Under the pieces are notes generated by a model. That model was not told where the DNA came from. It did not search any database and saw only the letters and a list, made by a program, of their open reading frames with translations. Of a stretch of 64,000 bases of DNA, positions 50,138 to 60,195 are shown one piece after another. This DNA comes from Oscillatoriales cyanobacterium (GTDB taxonomy: Bacteria > Cyanobacteriota > Cyanobacteriia > CACIAM-69d). The stretch spans positions 1,778 through 65,777 of the forward strand of contig RDXB01000039.1 of the NCBI GenBank assembly GCA_004292515.1. Direction: 5' to 3'. A program made the translations under genes and the position numbers. Every line of letters starts with the position of its first letter. Position 1 is the stretch's first letter.

Positions 50138-51847
50138 ATGAAATTGGCATCAGTGCGGCAGCTTTGGCCGAGTTATAGCAAATATCTGATTTTTCTAGGG
50201 CTATTTTTAATCACGGCAGGCTTGGCGATCGGCTTTGTCTCCGGTTGGAATTTGCTCGCAGGGATTACGATCGCCCTGGGAACTATTGCGATCGCCCTGT
50301 GGTTGTTCACTCGGGGCAATTTGCAGAGCACTTGGGCCTTGCGATCGACCCAATCCAACACCAACGCCCTGCTAGCAACCTTGGCGGCCCTGTTGATTTT
50401 TGGGGCGATTAACTTTTTGGGTGCGCGCTACACCGCTAAGTTTGACCTCACCGAAAAACAACTGTTTACCCTGGCTCCCGAAACCCAACAGGTGGTGAAA
50501 AACCTCGGGCAGCCGGTGAAGATTTGGATCTTCGATCGCACCCTGTCCGACAGCGATCGAGACCTGCTGACCAATTACACCAAAATCAACCCGAAATTCT
50601 CCTATCAAATTGCCGATCCACAGGTGGAATTTGGCAAGGCCCAAACCTTCAAAGTCAAATCCTTTGGGGAAGTGCATTTAGAAGCCGGGAACGATCGCCG
50701 GTTAATCACCACCCTCAGTCCCGAAACCCGCTTGCAGGAGACCGATCTAACCAACGCGATCGCCCAACTGAGCAGCACCAAACAGTCGATCGTTTACTTC
50801 CTGCAAGGGCACGGTGAACGCCCGATCGAAGGTGAGCAAACGGGCTTGGGCGATGCGATTAACGGCCTGAAAACCAAGAACTTTATCGCCAAACCCCTGA
50901 ACCTGATTCGGGAAGGTGCGATTCCGGCCGATGCGGCGGCCGTGGCGATCGTTGGGCCCCAGCGATCCTTGCTAGACAAAGAACTGAGCGCCCTAGAAAC
51001 CTACCTGAGCCAAGGGGGCCGACTGCTGGCCCTGCTCGATCCGGCTGCCGATGGCGGCTTAGGCAAATTGCTGGCCGGTTGGGGCGTGAAGCTGGATAAC
51101 CGGCTGGTGGTCGATGCATCCGGTACGGGGCAGTTGGCGGGCTTGGGACCCGATGCGCCGATCGTCACCCGCTATGGCAACCACCCGATTACCCAGGATT
51201 TTAAGGGCGGCATTTCGATTTATCCCGTGGCGCGATCGCTGGAAATCAGCACTGTGTCGGGGGTGACAGCCACGCCGATCATTGAAACCGACGAAAAGAG
51301 CTGGGCCGAAAGCGATCCGAAAGCCACCCAACTGACTTTCACGCCGCCCCAAGATCGTCAGGGGCCGTTGGTGTTGGGCGTGGCTTTGGAACGCGCACCG
51401 AGTCCGGCTCCTAGCCCGAGTCCGGCCGCTAGCCCCTCCCCCACTGGGCCCCCTAGCCCCGCTGCGAGTCCTGCACCGAGTCCCACGGCTAGTCCTGCAC
51501 CGAGTCCCACGGCTAGCCCTTCGCCGGGTGTGACAGCCAGACCCAGTCCTGCGCCTAGCCCCAGTTCGGCAGCGGCCAAACCGGCGCGGATTGTGGCGAT
51601 CGGGAATTCCTCCTTCATGGCCGATGGCTTGTTTGGTCAACAGCTCAACGGCGATGTGTTGCTCAATTCCGTGGGCTGGCTGGGCGATCGCGACTCCAAC
51701 AGTCTTTCGATTCGGCCGCGCGAGCCGAACAACCGCCGGATCGTGATTACGCCGCAGCAGTCGTCCTTGTTGCTGTTGTTGGCGTTGGTGGTGTTCCCGA
51801 TGGGTGGTTTGACCTTGGCGGGTGTGATGTGGTGGCAACGGCGCTAG
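50138..51847 (+). CDS. GldG-family ABC auxiliary protein with an (ASPSP)n insertion
   Basis: FDLTEKQLFTLAPET, YFLQGHGE, YLSQGGRLL, NGDVLLNSVGWL, C-terminal TM helix. Confidence 0.85.
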   Translation: MKLASVRQLWPSYSKYLIFLGLFLITAGLAIGFVSGWNLLAGITIALGTIAIALWLFTRGNLQSTWALRSTQSNTNALLATLAALLIFGAINFLGARYTAKFDLTEKQLFTLAPETQQVVKNLGQPVKIWIFDRTLSDSDRDLLTNYTKINPKFSYQIADPQVEFGKAQTFKVKSFGEVHLEAGNDRRLITTLSPETRLQETDLTNAIAQLSSTKQSIVYFLQGHGERPIEGEQTGLGDAINGLKTKNFIAKPLNLIREGAIPADAAAVAIVGPQRSLLDKELSALETYLSQGGRLLALLDPAADGGLGKLLAGWGVKLDNRLVVDASGTGQLAGLGPDAPIVTRYGNHPITQDFKGGISIYPVARSLEISTVSGVTATPIIETDEKSWAESDPKATQLTFTPPQDRQGPLVLGVALERAPSPAPSPSPAASPSPTGPPSPAASPAPSPTASPAPSPTASPSPGVTARPSPAPSPSSAAAKPARIVAIGNSSFMADGLFGQQLNGDVLLNSVGWLGDRDSNSLSIRPREPNNRRIVITPQQSSLLLLLALVVFPMGGLTLAGVMWWQRR

Positions 51848-51863
51848 GACAAAGGAAACAGTC

Positions 51864-52655
51864 ATGAAGTTGAAATCATCTACGGCTTGGTTGTTGGCGA
51901 TCGCCCTCGGGGTGGGGGGCGGCGTGGCCCTGTTTGAGATCCGATCGACCCAGCAACAGGTGGCGCAACAGCAGCAATCGAAACTGTTCAGCATCACCGA
52001 GGCGGAGATCCAACAAATCACGCTGAAGTTGGGCGATCGCACGGTGCAGCTCGATCGCCCGGAACCGTTTCAACCGGGCAAAACCGTTTGGCAGCTACGG
52101 CTAAACGGCGAGGCAACGGAACCGGCTAGTGACGGGGCGGTGGCGTTTTTGACCAATCTGCTGGCCACCTCCCAGCGCGATCGCACGATTACCCAAGGGC
52201 GTGATCGGCTGAAGGAATTGGGACTCGATCGCCCCCGCGCCGAGATCACGTTTCGGCTGAAGTCGGGTAAGCAACATCAACTGGCGATCGGGCAGGCCGG
52301 TTTTGACGATTCGTTTCTTTATGGGTTGGTGGATGCGCCGAATCCTTTGCCGGATCAGGTGTCGGTGTCGCTGATTCCCAAGGATTTTCAGGTGGCGGCG
52401 ATCGACCGGCCGATCGCGGAGTGGAAGCGACCGCCGCCGCCCCCGAGTCCCAGCCCGAGCGCCAGCCCCAGCCCGAGCGGATCGGCCGCGCCCAGCCCAG
52501 CAGCTAGCCCGACAGCCAGCCCGAGCGCTAGCCCGAGTCCGAGTGCTAGTCCGAGTGCCAGCCCCAGCCCAGCGGCTAGCCCCAGCCCAGCGGCTAGCCC
52601 CAGTCCGACGGCCTCGCCATCGCCCGGGGCCTTGCCCAGTCCCGCAACACCGTAG
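51864..52655 (+). CDS. DUF4340 domain protein with an (ASPSP)n tail
   Basis: N-terminal anchor, ELGLDRP, AIG..GFDDSFLY; typical last gene of Gld-type operons. Confidence 0.8.
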   Translation: MKLKSSTAWLLAIALGVGGGVALFEIRSTQQQVAQQQQSKLFSITEAEIQQITLKLGDRTVQLDRPEPFQPGKTVWQLRLNGEATEPASDGAVAFLTNLLATSQRDRTITQGRDRLKELGLDRPRAEITFRLKSGKQHQLAIGQAGFDDSFLYGLVDAPNPLPDQVSVSLIPKDFQVAAIDRPIAEWKRPPPPPSPSPSASPSPSGSAAPSPAASPTASPSASPSPSASPSASPSPAASPSPAASPSPTASPSPGALPSPATP

Positions 52656-53074
52656 GGGCGTACGGCCGCACGCCCTCCGATCGCTGACGGTGTGCTATGC
52701 CCGATCGCCCCGATCAGGCTGGGTTTTGCCTGGGTTGTGCCAATGGCGGGCCTGGCGCAGCAGCAACAACGACAACCGCAGGATCTTTTCGAGCCGACCG
52801 GCCAGGACGCAAATGGTGAGCAGGGCGAGCAGCCAACTGGGGGGATTAGTAGCGATCGGCTCGACGCAACCCGCCCGCAGAGCCGTAGGGTGCAGAGAAG
52901 CACGCTCAGCCATCAAATAACCATTGCCCCTCATCTCCCCTGCACCTTACGTGATCGCCCCGCCCGAACCATAGGGGCGCATCGCCATGCATCCTCCGAT
53001 CCGAGAGATCTCCGCAATCCAATTTGTTTCAGGCGATCGACCCTGGCAGAGGGCGTACGGCGGTACGCCCCTAC
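52652..53074. repeat. REP cluster: 52652-52682 (+), 52971-53002 (+, degenerate), 53049-53074 (-)
   Basis: GTAGGGGCGTACGGCCGCACGCCCTCCG and GAGGGCGTACGGCGGTACGCCCCTAC. Confidence 0.75.
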
Positions 53075-53257
53075 CCGATCGCCCTGCCCGCCAAAAACCG
53101 GATCGGGATCTCGAAAGGCGATCGCCCCATGTCCTCGCTGTTTCGCCGCAAACCCTCCGGTACGCAAAATCCCCGAGGATTCTATTCGCCGCAATCAATC
53201 GCCGCAATCAATTGCACCCGATCGAGGGCACACCGCAAAACAACCCCACCCGATCGC

Positions 53258-53731
53258 CTAAACCAGCCAACCCGTTTCGTCGTCGTTGCTCTTGCGAGGG
53301 TCGATCGGACTCACCACCGAGCGACGGGGTGGCAACCGGCGCGGTGCAGGCGCATTGGGCCGGGTCAAAGCCTTGGGCAAGTTGCGATCGTTCATGGGGT
53401 CGATCGGCGCAGGCACAACCGGCGGGGCCAAGTCCAGAATTCGAGGCTTGGTGCGACGCTCAGGGATCAGCGGTGCAGCAATCTTTGTCGGCAATCGGGG
53501 AGATGGGCTAGCGGGCAGGCTGCGGGCCTCGATCGGGGCCGCAGCAGACCCGATCGGCGCACTGGCGGGTGCTGCTTTCTCGGCCAGCCACAGCCGCAAC
53601 GCCTCTTCGATCGCATTCCCCGGCGCATCGGTCAGCTCCAACACCCGATCGATCAAGGCCGGGTCGAGAAAGACCGTGTATTGTTCTCGTTTTTGGCTCG
53701 ATTGACCGGCGGGGATGGAGGGGACAGCCAT
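53258..53731 (-). CDS. Hypothetical protein with a possible ribbon-helix-helix N-terminus and Pro-rich tail
   Basis: YTVFLDPALIDRV...AIEEALRLWL fits a beta-helix-helix pattern. Confidence 0.5.
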   Translation of the reverse strand: MAVPSIPAGQSSQKREQYTVFLDPALIDRVLELTDAPGNAIEEALRLWLAEKAAPASAPIGSAAAPIEARSLPASPSPRLPTKIAAPLIPERRTKPRILDLAPPVVPAPIDPMNDRNLPKALTRPNAPAPRRLPPRRSVVSPIDPRKSNDDETGWLV

Positions 53732-53865
53732 GGAAGTCGCAGCGTTTTGGGCGGGCGAAAAGAATCATTGCCCCCATTGTCGCCTGTTTGCGGGCCGATC
53801 GACTAGATCGCCTCGATCGCAGCCGATCGCCCATCCATCACTCCCCATCCCCCAGTTTGGCGAGC

Positions 53866-54600
53866 TTAAACCAGTGCCCGCGCCACCAAAGGCATGGCCA
53901 AGCGATCGCCCGGCTTCGGCTCCAGCACCTGCGCCGCCAAACCGGCCGAGCCTAAGGCCCCTTGCAGTTCCGCCGTATTGCCCTTAGCCCGCAACATCGA
54001 CACCAGCAGCCCCTCATATTGCACATCGCCCGCCGCTGCCGTGGGCAACATCACCTGCGGCTTCAGCATTTTCGCTAGTTTCAAGGCGCTGTCGGTTCCC
54101 TGAATAATCGGCAAAAAGCCCCCGATCGACAGATCCATCAGCGGGCAAAGGGTCACATCCACCGGCCCCAACTCGGCCAACTCCGCCGGGTGGTAGCCGT
54201 GGGGTTCGTAGTATAGGCTCTCGCCGGATTCGGCCCCCGCGATCGCCCGCAAAATGTAGCCGTTTTCCAGGGTTTTTGGGCCCGTGGGCGATCCTGTGGT
54301 GGCGCGGATGGCCACTTGCTCACCCAGCACCCAGGTTTGACCGTGATCTAGGGCGATCGCCGTTTGGAAACCCAACTGTTCAGCCACTTTGGCCGCGCTG
54401 GGTGATCCCAACACGGGCACGGCGCGATCGATCTGCTCCAGGGTCGGCCGGTGGGCGTGGTCTTCCAATCCCTGGGACAACAGCACCAAATCCAAACGGT
54501 CGGGGATCGGGCGCGGGTTTGGGTGGGTCGCCTTGAGCAAGATCCGCTTGCCCGCCAGTTCAATCAACCAACTGTTGCTGTCAAACCAAGTGAGGTGCAT
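53866..54600 (-). CDS. MBL-fold metallo-hydrolase, apparently with an in-frame N-terminal deletion
   Basis: MHLTWFDSNSWLIE, LLSQGLEDHAH, ENGY, YYEPHG; the DPW motif is missing. Confidence 0.75.
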   Translation of the reverse strand: MHLTWFDSNSWLIELAGKRILLKATHPNPRPIPDRLDLVLLSQGLEDHAHRPTLEQIDRAVPVLGSPSAAKVAEQLGFQTAIALDHGQTWVLGEQVAIRATTGSPTGPKTLENGYILRAIAGAESGESLYYEPHGYHPAELAELGPVDVTLCPLMDLSIGGFLPIIQGTDSALKLAKMLKPQVMLPTAAAGDVQYEGLLVSMLRAKGNTAELQGALGSAGLAAQVLEPKPGDRLAMPLVARALV

Positions 54601-54669
54601 GGGTGCGATCGAGAATTTGCGAGGGGATCTGCTTTGTATGCTAATCCGATCGCCCCAGTCCCGGCCGCC

Positions 54670-55770
54670 CTACGCCAGATTTTCCAGGGTGTGGCACTGG
54701 GCCCGATCGCGCAGCAAATGATCGCAAACCACCAGCGCCACCATCGCTTCCACCATCGGCACGGCGCGCGGCAATACACAGGGATCGTGGCGACCTTTGC
54801 CCGCCAGCACCTTCGCTTCCCCAGTTTGATCGACCGTGTTTTGGGCCTTGCGGATTGTGGCCGTGGGCTTGAAGGCGATCCGAATCACGACCGGTTCGCC
54901 GTTGCTGATGCCGCCCTGAACACCGCCCGATCGATTGGTGGTTGTCCGTAGTTGGCCCGTTTCGTCCGTGTAAAACTCGTCATTGTGTTCGCTGCCCTTC
55001 AGCAACGTGCCCGCGAAGCCCGATCCCACTTCAAACCCCTTGGTGGCAGGCAACGACATCACCGCCTTGGCCAGGTCGGCCTCTAGGCGATCGAATACGG
55101 GCGAACCCAAGCCCATCGGCAGATTGCGCACCACGCATTCCACCACGCCGCCCACGGAGTCGCCCTCATCGCGAATCGATTCAATTAGGGCGATCGCTCG
55201 TTCTGCAAAGTCCCCATCGGGCGATCGCAGAATATTGCTTTCCACCTGCTCGGTCGTCACGGTCAGCGGGTCGATCGTCGCTTCGAGATCCTTAATCCGC
55301 TTCACGTAGCCGACAATTTCGATCTGGCCAAATTCCGTCAGGATCTTCTTGGCGATCGCCCCGGCTGCCACCCGCCCGATCGTTTCCCGCGCGGACGATC
55401 GACCGCCCCCTTGCCAGTTGCGAAACCCATATTTTGCGTCGTAGGTCGCGTCGGCATGGGACGGGCGATAGGTTTTGGCCATCTCGTCGTAGTCCTGGGG
55501 CCGGGTGTCCTTGTTGCGCACCAAAATTGCGATCGGCGTGCCCAGGGTTTTGCCCTCAAACACCCCCGAAAGGATCTCGCACTGGTCGGTTTCCTTGCGC
55601 GGCGTGGTGATTTTGCTTTGGCCGGGCCGGCGGCGATCGAGTTCCACCTGAATTTCTGCGGCCGTCAGGGGCAACCGGGGCGGACAACCATCGATCACAA
55701 CGCCCACCCCACCGCCGTGGGATTCGCCAAAGGTGGTGATCCGAAACAGATTTCCAAACGTGTTGCCCAT
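54670..55770 (-). CDS. aroC: Chorismate synthase
   Basis: [36 protein letters not shown]. Confidence 0.96.
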   Translation of the reverse strand: MGNTFGNLFRITTFGESHGGGVGVVIDGCPPRLPLTAAEIQVELDRRRPGQSKITTPRKETDQCEILSGVFEGKTLGTPIAILVRNKDTRPQDYDEMAKTYRPSHADATYDAKYGFRNWQGGGRSSARETIGRVAAGAIAKKILTEFGQIEIVGYVKRIKDLEATIDPLTVTTEQVESNILRSPDGDFAERAIALIESIRDEGDSVGGVVECVVRNLPMGLGSPVFDRLEADLAKAVMSLPATKGFEVGSGFAGTLLKGSEHNDEFYTDETGQLRTTTNRSGGVQGGISNGEPVVIRIAFKPTATIRKAQNTVDQTGEAKVLAGKGRHDPCVLPRAVPMVEAMVALVVCDHLLRDRAQCHTLENLA

Positions 55771-55914
55771 GATGATTTTGTGGTGCGCGGCGGTGCGACA
55801 AACTCGTTAGCAGCGGGGCGATCGGCTGGTGGCCCTACCCGCTGAATGAGTTTGTATCCTATCACTGACCCCGGCCGCGCGTTTCACAGGACGGCGGCCC
55901 CAGACAAGGGGTTT

Positions 55915-56014
55915 AGGGGCTGTCGTCATTGCCAGTAGGGATGCTGAAACGGTTGATTTTCTGTACCCCAATGGTCGTAACAAGGGGCTTAAGCCCCTTG
56001 CTCCCCACGATTCT
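55915..56014 (-). mobile_element. Truncated (right-half) copy of the MITE inside a split palindrome
   Basis: Flanks CAAGGGGTTTA (55905-55915) and TAAACCCCTTG (56014-56024). Confidence 0.75.
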
Positions 56015-56130
56015 AAACCCCTTGCCCCCGACGATCGGGCAATCCCTTGGCCCCAATTTAATCGGGGGCGATCACTATAATGGGCCTGAAGATTAGGGCC
56101 TGAAAATCACAGCCCGATCGCCCTCAGCCC

Positions 56131-56697
56131 ATGATCGCTATTCCCAACTTGTTCAAGGCGGCGGAATATTTGCAGCTTGAGCAGCAGAGTCCGCACCGCC
56201 ATGAATTTCGCCAAGGGCTGGTCTGCGCCATGGCCGGCGGCACAGATAACCACGATCGAATTGCCTTTAACGTACTGCGGGCAATTGACGATCATTTGGG
56301 CGATCGTGCCGACTGTCGCTTCTATTCGGGCAATGTCAAGGTCGCGCATCAGGATCGGTTCTATTACTATCCCGATGCCTTTGTGACCTGTGACCCGCGC
56401 GATCGGGCCGATCGCCTGGTGAAGCGCTACCCCAAGCTGGTGGTGGAGGTGCTTTCGGTTAGCACCCAGTCCTTCGATCAGGGCGACAAATTTCGGGACT
56501 ACCAGGCGATCGACAGCCTCGAAGAATACGTGCTGATCAGCCAGGATCAACAGCGGGTGGAATGCCGTCGCCGGCTGATCGCGGCATCCTCTGATTCTGC
56601 CTGGGCCGCGGACATTTACGGGCCCGGTGAGCAGGTGTTGTTGGCCAGCTTGGGGTTGCAAGTCCCGATCGCCCAGCTCTATCGCGGCCTGGACTAG
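56131..56697 (+). CDS. Uma2 (DUF820) family putative endonuclease
   Basis: RHEF..G...AMAGG, YYYPDAFVTCD, LVVEVLSVST...D.G.K, SLEEYVLISQD. Confidence 0.9.
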   Translation: MIAIPNLFKAAEYLQLEQQSPHRHEFRQGLVCAMAGGTDNHDRIAFNVLRAIDDHLGDRADCRFYSGNVKVAHQDRFYYYPDAFVTCDPRDRADRLVKRYPKLVVEVLSVSTQSFDQGDKFRDYQAIDSLEEYVLISQDQQRVECRRRLIAASSDSAWAADIYGPGEQVLLASLGLQVPIAQLYRGLD

Positions 56698-56735
56698 GGC
56701 GAATCGATCAGTTGCTAAATGTTTGGGAACAGATC

Positions 56736-59700
56736 TCAAAGCAACGGAAGCTGACCGGGACTGGCCGTAGACTTGCTTTTCACCACGGTTTCGGTCAAAG
56801 CATTGGCCGCCATCAGGTGTTGCCGGGACAAGGTGGCTCCCCGACAAATCCGATCGAGCAATTCCGCTTGCTGGGGTTCCAGCTCAACTAGCCAACCCAG
56901 CACGTTTAATAGGTTCAGCAATTCGGTGGTGTAGTCGGCCAGCCAGCGATCGGGCTGAATATCGCTTAGGGCTGATGGCGGCCGGCGATCGCCCAGCACG
57001 GGCCGGCTGCGATCGCGCTTGCGGTAGCTGAACCAATGCCAAATCACCGGCTTGCCAGATACCTCGTAGTTCCAAACCGCAGCGGGCACGTTGTCGATGT
57101 AGCCGTCGCCCACCTGAAGCCGATCGCGGCTGGGATCGTGGCTAATAGTGTCGGGCATTCGATCGGGATCAGCCGGAATTGCGCCGCCCTTGGGAATCGT
57201 CGGGCGGCGATCGCTCGGCAGACGCGGCGGCCCCGGTGGTCGGCCTTGGCTCGGGTCGGCACAGCGATCGCCAAAGGTATGCAGCCACAGCACCCGCTGC
57301 CCGATCGCCACTGCTTCTGCAAATAGATCAGGATTGGCGGTCAACGGAATCCGAATCCCTGGTGTTTTTAAATCGGCTTGAAAGTGGGTTGTAAAACCTG
57401 AATGGGCCGCAATCGCTGCCATATAAGCCAACAGAAATTCTGGGCTAACAGGCTGCTCATAAGTATGACTGAGGCAGTCTAATAACTCGAAATTCAAGTT
57501 AGAAACTTGAGCCTCGGCATCAGCCCATAGGGGAAAAACTCGCCCACCAAATGAACCCTTGTAGTGATGAAGATCAGGAATTAGACTCGAAAAAGTATAT
57601 GCAGGGCCAGAAATCTGTTTGTTATCCAGCAGAGCCGTTAGATAAATTTGATGTTCTGAGTGCCATTCCCAAAGTTTAGGATTGGGTCGATTAATGAGGC
57701 GGTTATCAGGAATAATCCACTGGCGATCAAATGATCGATAGGCATAACCAACAGGTGGTACTACAGGATTTGAATCATTAACTACTGCCAATAAACGCTG
57801 AGGATATCCTGGCAAGGAATTTTTTAGAACTTTGCTGACATGACGATCGCCTGTTCCATGAGGATAAAATAGTTGATCTTTGACTGCATCTGGGGACTTA
57901 ATCAGGGTTTGCCAACGTTGACTTAAGGATTCGGCATCGGGCGCAATTACCCAAGTGCGACCCGGCATCACACCCGAACCGTTGTAGTTAAAAAAGTCCT
58001 GCAAGCAAGGGTAAGTTAACCAAGCGCCCGTTGAGCCGGGGGCAAAGGGCGATCGGCTGCCCGATTGGGAACAATCTGTATCCAAAGGGCAGTCGAGCCA
58101 GCCTGGCCCATCCAGAGTAATTTGGCGTAACTCAGCAAACTTTTGATCGCGCAAACCGGCCGGTAGCGATCGAAATTTGACCGTAGCCAACTCGTCAGAT
58201 TTCTGCCGCTTTGAACGACTCCCAAGAACGATACAAACAGGCTGCTGCACCCCTTGAAACAGTCGCGTATTGACTTCGGGTTGATGACCTTCGGGAGAGC
58301 AATCAATCACCCAGATGCGATCGCATTCTTCCCGCAAATATTGCCGCATGCGCTGGAAACCGGGCCCGTTCAAAAAGCCAGAAACGGTAATAAAGCAAAC
58401 GATGCCGGTGCTGTTGTCGGGGTGATGGTCAAAGACTTTCCAGGTTGCCCAGCGCCAAAAATAAACATACAAATTGCGCAAGTGCTTGGCATGGGCGCTC
58501 ACACCCCAATTCTTCGGTGGTTGCCAATCATTTAACGGTGCAACGGTTCCCGTTTGAGAATTGCCAGACTCAACCCAACCGCCCCGGCCTTTGGCTTTTT
58601 CCTTGTAGGGTGGATTGCCAATTACAACGGTAATCGGTTCTGTGCGTTTGATTTGGTTGGCGGCTTTGCGGGATTGGGCGATCGGGGCCAGCAGTTGCGG
58701 AATCCAACCGGCATCATCCTCGGGATCAGCCAAGGTATCCGCCACAAACATCCGCAGTGATTCGATCGGACTGTCCCCAGTTAACGTAATAATTTCCGCC
58801 AAAATTCGTAACTGAGCTACCGCAAAGGGCCCCAACTGCACTTCAAAAGCAATCAGGCGCTTCAGGGCCGCATTAATTGCTTGGGGAACTGCCCCTTCTC
58901 CCTCATTTTTGCGGACTGATTCGGCAATTTTTTTCAAAATTCCCAGCATATAGGTTCCCGTCCCTGTTGCTGGATCAATGACGGTAACGGATGGGGCTGC
59001 CAAACCCGAATGTAGACCAAAATCGGGACTTCTTAAGAGATCATCAACTAACCGAACCATTGTTTCGACAACGACAGGCGGCGTGTAGTATGACCCCGTT
59101 TGTTTGCGTAATTCATTGTCGTAAACTTCTAGGAAGTCTTCATAGAAATAGAGCCAGGTTTCGGGATCACCTTTGCTGATCGTTGGCCAATCTACGGCAT
59201 CCAGAACTTGAGACAGCGATCGCAATGAGGTTTTCAGCGTCGCCTGATTTTCCGAGGTTTCGGTTAATAATCGCAAGGCTACACCAATTAGTGAATGATT
59301 CGCCTTTAAGGCAATAGCGACACGATCGAGACCTTGCCCTAACTCAATGCCGCTTGCCCGAGCCATCAGCAGCCCAAAGGTAACAGCTTGGGCATAACCA
59401 TCCGCAAATTTCTCATCCGTTGCATCGGGAAATAGCAGTTTTCGCCAGTCCTCTGCCAGAGCTGTGAGTGCTTCCGAACCCAGAGCTAATTGCTCAACGA
59501 CCTCATCTCTCAGCAACCGACAAAGGCGGGCACTAATGGCCGCCAGTTCTTTTGCATTTCGTGGCGCAACCGCTTGCCAAAGGAAAAATTGGCGAAATAG
59601 ATCTAGTAAGCCCGCTGGGGCGGTTAGCTGTTTCCCGGCGGTGGCAATGTTTCCCGTGCAGGAAACGATCGAGCCGACCAATTCTCCATCACGCCACAGA

Positions 59701-60074
59701 CTAAAGCTATTACCATCGGAATAAATGAGGTTAGGTAGGGCTTTGAGCTTTTCCCATTGGACTTTATCGTGGCGATCTTTGAACTTTCTAGGATCTGCGC
59801 CTTTTCCAGGGGCTTTGAGTCCAATAAATCCCACTAGAACGCGCCGTAGCGTGATGGAATAATCAGGGCGAGTTTTTAAATCCCCGATCGCCGATTCGCC
59901 AATGGCAATGACATCATTTCTCGGCAAACCAGCCAACTCAGCCAAGTCGGCTAGAAGCTTTTCAAAGGGTGCCCTCAGTTGATCTTCAGGCTGTCCACTA
60001 GCAACTGGATTAGCCAGCTTATTCGTGACAGCTTGCCCAAAGGCAGCAATTGCAGATTCAAGACTGAGCGGCAT
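56736..60074 (-). CDS. Single-chain restriction-modification enzyme (Type IIG/IIL-like; N6-adenine MTase plus type ISP-like specificity domain, no helicase)
   Basis: N-terminal RPDY...GFIGLKAPG nuclease-like motif; GSYYTP, DPATGTGT (motif I), IGNPPY (motif IV), YAYRSFDRQW. Confidence 0.85.
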   Translation of the reverse strand: MPLSLESAIAAFGQAVTNKLANPVASGQPEDQLRAPFEKLLADLAELAGLPRNDVIAIGESAIGDLKTRPDYSITLRRVLVGFIGLKAPGKGADPRKFKDRHDKVQWEKLKALPNLIYSDGNSFSLWRDGELVGSIVSCTGNIATAGKQLTAPAGLLDLFRQFFLWQAVAPRNAKELAAISARLCRLLRDEVVEQLALGSEALTALAEDWRKLLFPDATDEKFADGYAQAVTFGLLMARASGIELGQGLDRVAIALKANHSLIGVALRLLTETSENQATLKTSLRSLSQVLDAVDWPTISKGDPETWLYFYEDFLEVYDNELRKQTGSYYTPPVVVETMVRLVDDLLRSPDFGLHSGLAAPSVTVIDPATGTGTYMLGILKKIAESVRKNEGEGAVPQAINAALKRLIAFEVQLGPFAVAQLRILAEIITLTGDSPIESLRMFVADTLADPEDDAGWIPQLLAPIAQSRKAANQIKRTEPITVVIGNPPYKEKAKGRGGWVESGNSQTGTVAPLNDWQPPKNWGVSAHAKHLRNLYVYFWRWATWKVFDHHPDNSTGIVCFITVSGFLNGPGFQRMRQYLREECDRIWVIDCSPEGHQPEVNTRLFQGVQQPVCIVLGSRSKRQKSDELATVKFRSLPAGLRDQKFAELRQITLDGPGWLDCPLDTDCSQSGSRSPFAPGSTGAWLTYPCLQDFFNYNGSGVMPGRTWVIAPDAESLSQRWQTLIKSPDAVKDQLFYPHGTGDRHVSKVLKNSLPGYPQRLLAVVNDSNPVVPPVGYAYRSFDRQWIIPDNRLINRPNPKLWEWHSEHQIYLTALLDNKQISGPAYTFSSLIPDLHHYKGSFGGRVFPLWADAEAQVSNLNFELLDCLSHTYEQPVSPEFLLAYMAAIAAHSGFTTHFQADLKTPGIRIPLTANPDLFAEAVAIGQRVLWLHTFGDRCADPSQGRPPGPPRLPSDRRPTIPKGGAIPADPDRMPDTISHDPSRDRLQVGDGYIDNVPAAVWNYEVSGKPVIWHWFSYRKRDRSRPVLGDRRPPSALSDIQPDRWLADYTTELLNLLNVLGWLVELEPQQAELLDRICRGATLSRQHLMAANALTETVVKSKSTASPGQLPLL

Positions 60075-60195
60075 GGGTTGTTAGTCGTCGTGCACTGCTT
60101 CTACAGTAGTCCTTGAACTACTTGAAATTCAATCTTTCTGAGGTTTTCAGAATAACTTTTGCCAAACAATTAGCAACAAGTATTCATAAAAAGTA

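Noticed and set aside
51059-53806. Several long Arg/Pro/Gly-rich ORFs opposite or overlapping the Gld genes and REP cluster
   Set aside because: Expected stop-poor shadow frames of GC-rich and ASPSP-coding DNA; no domain signal.
56131-60074. Uma2 plus R-M gene as a novel two-gene defence system
   Set aside because: The genes are convergent and Uma2 paralogs are abundant and scattered in cyanobacteria, so adjacency alone is weak evidence.
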